From Armatimonadota bacterium (GTDB lineage: Bacteria > Armatimonadota > SYMT01), in the NCBI GenBank assembly GCA_041690135.1, contig JAWLHY010000015.1:1-64000 (forward strand): a stretch of DNA of 64,000 bases, written 5' to 3'. Every line of letters starts with the position of its first letter. The first letter of the stretch is position 1. The position numbers and the translations under genes are program-made. Shown in pieces: positions 57,738 through 64,000 of this stretch. Below the pieces are notes generated by a model, which was given only the letters and a program-made list of their open reading frames with translations, was not told the origin of the DNA and searched no databases.

Positions 57738-58619
57738 TCATTGGACGAGCAACTCCTCCCTGGGAGCGTCGTGGGCCGGCACTTCCAGGAGACGCCCAGT
57801 TCCGTTCTCACGGGACCCGGAGATCGCGACCCTCGCCGGGCGCCATTCGGCTTGTGCGACCGCTAAGGTCGCCGCGCCGCCAAGTCCCTGGCAACGCTCG
57901 CCGCCACCCGCCGCGGAGGCTTCTTCCGCCGGGACCACTACATCCAGGATCATGATCTTCTGCCAGATCTTGTTCGAAAGGCCGCTGGTAAGCGCTTCGA
58001 TATCGTTGACCGCCGCCAGCACCACCGGGTCGTTTAGATACTGCACGTGGAGGGCGGCGAGCTTGCTCGCGAGAGAGAGAAGCTCCGAGCAGAAGTCCAG
58101 GTAGCGGGCCAGTACCAGGCGCGTATAGACCCGTTTGGGCGGATAGGCGGTGCCCGGTGCGAGGAGGTGCTGCGGGTCCTTCGTCAACTGGTGCATATCC
58201 ACGATGTGGACGAGGCTGCGGAGCCGATGCAGCGCCGCCAGGGCACGCGTCCGTTTGACCCGCGTTTCCAGCGAGAAGAGAAAGAAAATCGCCAGGGAAA
58301 GCAGGACGATCTCGTTGGCCGCCGCCTCGCTCGCCTGCAGCAGTTCGGCGACACCCTCCACGCGCAACGGCACGCCGGTGGCCAGCCGCGCGAAGCCGAG
58401 CATGACAACCAGGATTCCCAGGATGCCCGCTGCGGCGCCCACGCGCAGCGGCCACATGGGGCGTCGCAGCCACCCGGCGGTCGGCCCGGCGGCGCGCGCC
58501 AGATCCCCCAGTTCAGCCGTCACCCGGCTCAATCCGGATTCTGGAAAGCTCTCCTCGATCCGCTTCTGCAGGTGGTCAATCGTCTCGACAATGCGCCTGG
58601 GGCACAGTTCGGAATACAT
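57738..58619 (-). CDS. conserved hypothetical membrane protein
   Basis: MY..L....I.ETI..L..RI.E.FP.SGL, two TM helices, HIVDMHQLTKDP, RYLD.CSE, KIWQKI; GAGG/AAAGGA upstream. Confidence 0.8.
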   Translation of the reverse strand: MYSELCPRRIVETIDHLQKRIEESFPESGLSRVTAELGDLARAAGPTAGWLRRPMWPLRVGAAAGILGILVVMLGFARLATGVPLRVEGVAELLQASEAAANEIVLLSLAIFFLFSLETRVKRTRALAALHRLRSLVHIVDMHQLTKDPQHLLAPGTAYPPKRVYTRLVLARYLDFCSELLSLASKLAALHVQYLNDPVVLAAVNDIEALTSGLSNKIWQKIMILDVVVPAEEASAAGGGERCQGLGGAATLAVAQAEWRPARVAISGSRENGTGRLLEVPAHDAPREELLVQ

Positions 58620-58722
58620 GTCCTTTCGGCCCTCCTCCGCCGCCCGGCGGCTCCCCCGCACGGGTGCGTGGGCTCCACCGGACCTCGGAATGCAAACTCT
58701 CATCTGAAGTCGGGACAGGAGA

Positions 58723-60531
58723 TCAACCGGCTGCCCGGCCTGCTTCCACGGAGCGGAGGGCGAGCTCTGGCGCGGACTCGCCGCCCAATTCCGCCCGGCA
58801 GCGCAGAGTCTCCACCAGCACCAAGGCCTCATCGGGCGTCAGGTCGAAACGGGTCAGCGTGGCCCGGGCGATCTCCAAGGCGGCTTCCCGTTCTCCCAGC
58901 ACCACTTCATCCACCCGCGAGCGTAGGTGCTCCCATTCCCGCTCGCTGTGCGTGCGAGCAATAATGGCCACATGAGGGTTTAGCGCCCGCGCGTGCTCCA
59001 CGACTCGCCGCACCGAGAGCGGGTCCGGCATTGCGAGCACCAGCACCCGGGCGCGACTGAGCCCGGCGTGGTGCAACACCTCCGGATTGGCGGCATCCCC
59101 GAAGTAGGCTTCCGTGCCCTGCGCGCGGAGGTCATCCACCCGCCGCTGGTTGAGCTCCAGCACCACGCACTGGATGCCCCGGTGCTGAAGCAGGGTAGTC
59201 ACCAGGCTTCCCACCCGGCCGTAGCCGCAGATGATGGCGTGGTCGCGCAGGGATGCGTGCTCGGAGAGGGGCGCTCGCAGATCCGGCGGGCGTTCTCCAA
59301 GCAGCCGCCGTAAACCCGGTTGGCTCTGGAGCCACGCTTCCACCGGCTCGATCAGGCGGAATAACAGTGGGTTCAGAGAGATGGAGAGCAGCGCCCCGGC
59401 CAGCACGAGCTGATAGCCCTCTTCCGGCAGGAGTTGCAGCTCTCGCCCCAACTCGGCCACGATGAAGGAGAACTCCCCGATCTGGGCCAGGCCCGCCGCC
59501 ACCGCCAGGCCGGTCCGCATGGGTCCGCGCAGCAGCATCACCAGCAGGAACCCGGCCAGCGCCTTGCCAATCACCACCACCGCCAGGACGGCCAGCACCT
59601 TTCCGGGCGAGGTCACCAGGACCCGCGGGTCGAAGAGCATCCCCACCGACACAAAGAAGAGCACGGCGAAGGCATCCCGGAGGGGGAGGGCATCGGCGGC
59701 AGCCTGGTGGCTCTGGTCCGACTCGCTGATGACTACCCCGGCCAGGAAGGCACCCAGGGCCAGGGAAACCCCCAGCAGCATCGCGGAGCCGACCGCCACC
59801 CCCAACGCGACAGCCAGCACCGCCAGCGAGAACAGCTCGCGAGAGTTGGTCCGCGCGACTTGCATCAGGAACCACGGGAAAGCCCGCGCGCCCACGAACA
59901 GCATGAATGCCACGAACAGGGCCGTCTTGCCGATCGCCAGGAGAAAGGCCAGCAGCACGTTGCCGCCTCCCAGCGTCGCCGCGGCCCCATGCCCCGCCGT
60001 GCCGCCGAGGGACACAGCGACTGCCGGCAGCAGCACGAGCACCAGCACGGTGACCAGATCCTCGACGATCAGCCAGCCGACCGCGACCCGGCCGTGGCTG
60101 GTCTCCAGCAGGTCCCGCTCGATCAGGCCGCGGAGGAGCACCACGGTACTCGCGACGGAGAGAGCGAGCCCCAAAACGATGGCGCCGCCCACCCCCCAGC
60201 CCCAGATCAACGCCAGCGCGCCTCCCAGCAGCGTGGCGATAAGGATCTGCCCGAGTGCGCCGGGGACGGCGAGGGCACGCACCGAAAGCAGGCGACGGAC
60301 CGAGAAGTGAATGCCGACGCCGAACATCAGCAAGATCACGCCGATCTCGGCGAGTTCTGTCGCAATCTCTACGTCGCCGGTGAAGCCGGGGGTGAACGGG
60401 CCGATCACTACCCCGGCCAGGAGATAACCCACGATCGTGGGTAGGCGAAGACGGGTGGCAATGAAACCACCCACGAAGGCGGCCACCAGGCCGGCGGTGA
60501 TCGTGACGATCAGGCCTACCCCATGCGGCAT
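58723..60531 (-). CDS. CPA2 antiporter with TrkA-N domain (YbaL/Kef-type)
   Basis: GYLLAG..IGP.TPG, LMFGVG, SVAST, ED, PLRDAF..LFFVSVG, AQIGEFSF, CGYGRVG. Confidence 0.94.
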   Translation of the reverse strand: MPHGVGLIVTITAGLVAAFVGGFIATRLRLPTIVGYLLAGVVIGPFTPGFTGDVEIATELAEIGVILLMFGVGIHFSVRRLLSVRALAVPGALGQILIATLLGGALALIWGWGVGGAIVLGLALSVASTVVLLRGLIERDLLETSHGRVAVGWLIVEDLVTVLVLVLLPAVAVSLGGTAGHGAAATLGGGNVLLAFLLAIGKTALFVAFMLFVGARAFPWFLMQVARTNSRELFSLAVLAVALGVAVGSAMLLGVSLALGAFLAGVVISESDQSHQAAADALPLRDAFAVLFFVSVGMLFDPRVLVTSPGKVLAVLAVVVIGKALAGFLLVMLLRGPMRTGLAVAAGLAQIGEFSFIVAELGRELQLLPEEGYQLVLAGALLSISLNPLLFRLIEPVEAWLQSQPGLRRLLGERPPDLRAPLSEHASLRDHAIICGYGRVGSLVTTLLQHRGIQCVVLELNQRRVDDLRAQGTEAYFGDAANPEVLHHAGLSRARVLVLAMPDPLSVRRVVEHARALNPHVAIIARTHSEREWEHLRSRVDEVVLGEREAALEIARATLTRFDLTPDEALVLVETLRCRAELGGESAPELALRSVEAGRAAG

Positions 60532-60948
60532 AGGCTTGTTTTCCTTTCCTCGCTGCGGACCGGCTCCTGGAGGCTTACCCGCCAGGCTCCTCTCCGCCTC
60601 GATAGGTCACTAGATGTGTCACCGCCTGCGGTTCCGAGACGGGAGCTGCTTCCGGGGCGTTCTCCCCAACTCTCCCGACCTTTAAGCGGTGCTTCAGGAT
60701 GGAGATCCGTCCGATCGAGCGGACCTCACCCCCTGTACTGTGTTTCCCTTCTGCGTCGGCACGCGACTCCGTCTCGTGTGGTTTAGCGGCGGGAAGGCTG
60801 GCCGCAGCCGCTGCAGAGAGACCCAATCCAGTATAACAGCAGAGTCCTCGTTCCTCCCAGGTGAATGATTAGGCCCCGCAGTGGGCACTCTGTGATCGGC
60901 GGGCCCATCGAAGGAGAGGCCTACCCGCACGACGGCTCCGGAACGCCC

Positions 60949-62670
60949 ATGAACGAGCAAGCGTTTCTCCCTAACCTGGCGGCGGCGCTCCTGGCTTCTA
61001 TCGTCGGCGGCACCCTCGCGCGGAAGCTCGGCCTGCCGGTACTCGTGGGGTACCTCGTGGCGGGAATCGTCGTGGGGCCGCACACTCCCGGCTGGTTCGC
61101 GGACGAAGAGGCGGTTCGGATGCTGGCGAACCTGGGGGTCGCGCTGCTGGTGTTCGCGGTGGGGGTGCAGTTCTCTCTCCGGCAACTCCTGGAGGTGCGC
61201 CGGGTTGCGCTGGTCGCGGGCGGGGTGCAGATTGCCGCCACCATCGTACTCGGCTTCTTCCTCGGCCTGGCGTTCGGATGGGGAGTGTACGGAGGCTTTT
61301 TCCTCGGCTGCGCCCTGGCCCACTCTTCCACCGCCGTGATGATGCGCATTCTGGAAGAACGTGGGGAGTTGGGCACCGGCCATGGAGCGGCCATGCTAAG
61401 CGTCTCCATCGTGCAGGATCTCTCCCTCGTCGTGATGGTGGCGCTCCTACCGTCGCTGGCCGAACTGGCCGCGAAGGGACCGGACATCTTACTGGAGGTG
61501 GCGCTATCGGTATTGCGGGCTGTCGGCGCCGTGGGGATCGCGCTTCTGCTCGCGCTGCGCGTCGTGCCGGGCATCCTGAACCGCATGGCGGCCACCGGCT
61601 CGCGCGAGCTGTTTATCCTGGTGGTGGTCGCCATCTGCCTCCTGGCCGCCTATGCCGCCCAGCTTGCCGGGTTGTCCCTGGCCATCGGCGCTTTCCTGGC
61701 CGGCATGGTGATCTCCGAGTCGGACTTCGCCCATGAGGTGTTCTCGCAGGTCCGGCCGCTGCGCGACGTGTTCGCATCGCTCTTCTTTGTCTCGATCGGG
61801 ATGCTGCTCAACCCTGCCTTCGTGCTCAGCCACGGACTGGAGATAGGGGCCGTGGTGGCCACCATCCTGGTCGGCAAGACCCTGGTTTCCGCGGTTCCCA
61901 TCTTTCTCGTCGGGTGCCACGGCCGCACCGCATTGCTGGCCGGGCTGGGGCTGGCGCAAATTGGTGAATTTTCCTATATTCTGGCGGCGGTGGGCATCGA
62001 GCGCAACCTGATTCCGGCGGAAATGTCGAGCGTCATTCTCACCGCCTCGCTGATCACCATCCTTCTGTCCCCCTTCCTGTTCGGGGCGGGAGACCGGCTC
62101 TATCAACGCCTGAATGCCCTCCCCGCGCTGTCCCGCCGGCTCAACCGGCCTCCTCATTCAGAGCCGCCGGCGTCCGAGCGCGCCGAAATCCGGCCACGCG
62201 TGATCATCCTCGGGGGCGGCCGGGTGGGGCGGTACGCGTCGGAGGCCCTGAGGGCGCACAACGTGCCGCACGTGGTGGTGGACTACGACGCCGCGGCCAT
62301 CGACTGGATGCGCGCCCGGGGTGTGCCGGTAGTGTACGGCGACGCCACGTCGCAGGTCGTACTGGAACAGGCTCACCCGGAAACGGCGGAGTTGGCGATG
62401 GTCGCACTACCCGAGGCCGCCATTACGGAGATGGTCGTTCGCCTTTTGAAACGGCTGGCCCCCTCCGTAACGGTCGTTGCCCGGGTGCATCGCGGGGTGG
62501 ACATCCCCCGCATCCGCCAGGCCGGGGCCGACGCGGTTATCCACGCGGAGTTCGAGGCGGGAACCGAAATGATCCGGCAAGGCCTGGACCGTCTCGACAT
62601 TCCGAGCCCACGGTTGGAGGAGTATCTGGACCGGATGCGGCAGCGGCGATACGCCGAGGAAATCGGGTAG
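60949..62670 (+). CDS. second CPA2 antiporter with TrkA-N domain
   Basis: GYLVAG..VGP.TPG, SST, QD, PLRDVF..LFFVSIG, AQIGEFS, GGGRVG, YGDA. Confidence 0.94.
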   Translation: MNEQAFLPNLAAALLASIVGGTLARKLGLPVLVGYLVAGIVVGPHTPGWFADEEAVRMLANLGVALLVFAVGVQFSLRQLLEVRRVALVAGGVQIAATIVLGFFLGLAFGWGVYGGFFLGCALAHSSTAVMMRILEERGELGTGHGAAMLSVSIVQDLSLVVMVALLPSLAELAAKGPDILLEVALSVLRAVGAVGIALLLALRVVPGILNRMAATGSRELFILVVVAICLLAAYAAQLAGLSLAIGAFLAGMVISESDFAHEVFSQVRPLRDVFASLFFVSIGMLLNPAFVLSHGLEIGAVVATILVGKTLVSAVPIFLVGCHGRTALLAGLGLAQIGEFSYILAAVGIERNLIPAEMSSVILTASLITILLSPFLFGAGDRLYQRLNALPALSRRLNRPPHSEPPASERAEIRPRVIILGGGRVGRYASEALRAHNVPHVVVDYDAAAIDWMRARGVPVVYGDATSQVVLEQAHPETAELAMVALPEAAITEMVVRLLKRLAPSVTVVARVHRGVDIPRIRQAGADAVIHAEFEAGTEMIRQGLDRLDIPSPRLEEYLDRMRQRRYAEEIG

Positions 62671-62735
62671 GGTCACCGGAAGCACCGGGTATAAGGGAGA
62701 GACCCGGACCAGAACGTTCCGGGCATACACCGGAA

Positions 62736-63557
62736 ATGCGGATACTCCTGGCACATCACGGCTCCAGCGGTAGTTGGGACGCGGTTTCCGTCCTCAACGC
62801 ACTTCCCCTGCCGGCTACGGCCCACGTCACCGTCCTCACCGTTGCCTCGCCCGGACGAGAAGCGCGCGCCGCGGAGATAGCCGCCCGGTGTGCCGAGCAC
62901 CTGCGCCTGCCGGGAACCGTGGAGACCCGGACCCGCACCGGTTACCCCGAGGAAGAGATCCTGGACCTCGCCGCCGCAACGTCCACCGACTTGATCCTGG
63001 TGGGCGCCACCAGCCGGGGCGCCCTTCCGCAGTTTCTCCTGGGCAGCGTGGCGGAACGCGTGGTGCATCACGCATCTTGCTCCGTACTGGTCGCCCGGCC
63101 GCTCAAGGACGAAATCCGCAAGGTCCTGCTCGGGTTCGATGGAACCGACCCCGCCTGCGCCGCGGCGAAGGCTCTCCAGAAGTTCCCACTGCAACCAACC
63201 ACGGTATTCGAGGTGGTGACGGTTTACCCACCGCTACCGGGAGACGTGCGGATCAGGGAGCCGGTTTATGTGACTGCCGCGGTCGAGGAAACGATGCTCA
63301 CCGAGCGCCGGGAACAGGCGGTCGCCGCCCTCACGGATGCCGGAAAGCACGTCACAGTTGCGGCTCTTGAAGGAGATCCCGCCCTGCGCCTTCTGGAACT
63401 GGCTCGGGACGCGGATCTAGCCGTTGTGGGGTCCCACGGCGCAGGCCTGGGCGCCCGCTTCGTACGCTTTCTGCTGGGGAGCGTGGCGGAAAAACTGATC
63501 CGCCACGCTCCATGCTCCGTGCTCGTCGCGCGGGCCGGAGCGAGCCCACCCGCCTGA
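62736..63557 (+). CDS. tandem-domain universal stress protein
   Basis: Two repeats of G.P...I...A....DL..VG......FLLGSVAE....HA.CSVLVAR. Confidence 0.93.
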   Translation: MRILLAHHGSSGSWDAVSVLNALPLPATAHVTVLTVASPGREARAAEIAARCAEHLRLPGTVETRTRTGYPEEEILDLAAATSTDLILVGATSRGALPQFLLGSVAERVVHHASCSVLVARPLKDEIRKVLLGFDGTDPACAAAKALQKFPLQPTTVFEVVTVYPPLPGDVRIREPVYVTAAVEETMLTERREQAVAALTDAGKHVTVAALEGDPALRLLELARDADLAVVGSHGAGLGARFVRFLLGSVAEKLIRHAPCSVLVARAGASPPA

Positions 63558-63778
63558 GTGGGCACGTTCTTCACCCTTCATCCGGGCAAGGGGCGCTCCA
63601 CACCACGCTATGCTTCTGGGCAAAGCCTTCCGCCAGCGTCTGGTAACGCGCCACCAGGGTATCCGCGTAGGGCGCACTATCGGCTGCGAGACGGCGTGCC
63701 CGGCGCAGGCCGCGGGAGAGATACAGGCATCCGGCGCCCGGAGCTGCACCGCAGCCCCGGGCGCCGTTCCATTCCGCC

Positions 63779-64000
63779 TTACTGGCGCCGGTGACGGTTC
63801 GGGCGCACCCGCTCCGGCGTAGTCCGCCGGGCGGGCTCCGCCGCCTTGGGTTCCAACTCCGTCGCGGGCTCACCAGCCGGGGTCACAGCCACCTCACGTA
63901 CCGGCGATGCGGTCGCGGACCGGGATCCCTCCCGCGCCGCCGCCGGGCTCGACCCGGGAGCGGCACGCAGCGCACCGGCATCCCCCGACGGCCCGGCGGC
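63779..64000 (-). CDS. possible C-terminal low-complexity tail of a gene running off the window
   Basis: Open frame from the window edge to TAA at 63781-63779; Ala/Pro/Arg-rich. Confidence 0.35.
   Translation of the reverse strand, partial: AAGPSGDAGALRAAPGSSPAAAREGSRSATASPVREVAVTPAGEPATELEPKAAEPARRTTPERVRPNRHRRQ

Overview
GC-rich bacterial chromosomal window, most likely from an Armatimonadota-like organism. This is inferred from the two '[26 protein letters not shown]...H-X9-DG' prepilin-like/DUF1559 genes and the planctomycete-type PSD1/DUF1501 module. It opens with the 3' end of an rRNA operon (23S tail, 5S, terminator), followed by about 45 protein genes: a partner-switching set (REC-GAF-PP2C, rsmG, STAS-RsbW fusion, a stand-alone STAS), an orphan mraZ, DsbD, three CPA2 antiporters, a GH78 rhamnosidase, a vWA-FHA-PP2C phospho-signalling operon, asp23/amaP, an ABC transporter with DUF1854, uxuA, an ECF sigma/anti-sigma pair, a hybrid histidine kinase and many secreted hydrolases. 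No CRISPR array, prophage or transposase was seen. Most notable: (1) a perfect sigma70 promoter with 10-bp-periodic MraZ boxes driving an unknown Zn-finger gene plus mraZ, detached from the dcw cluster; (2) a kinase-less vWA-FHA-PP2C operon whose three proteins share Thr motifs resembling FHA docking sites; (3) a family of short 6-9-mer inverted microsatellite elements, one inserted in-frame in a DUF1553 domain; (4) an in-frame amber codon followed by a hairpin in a signal peptide; (5) a one-base frameshift in a hydrolase gene. All product calls come from motif recognition by eye; no database searches were run.
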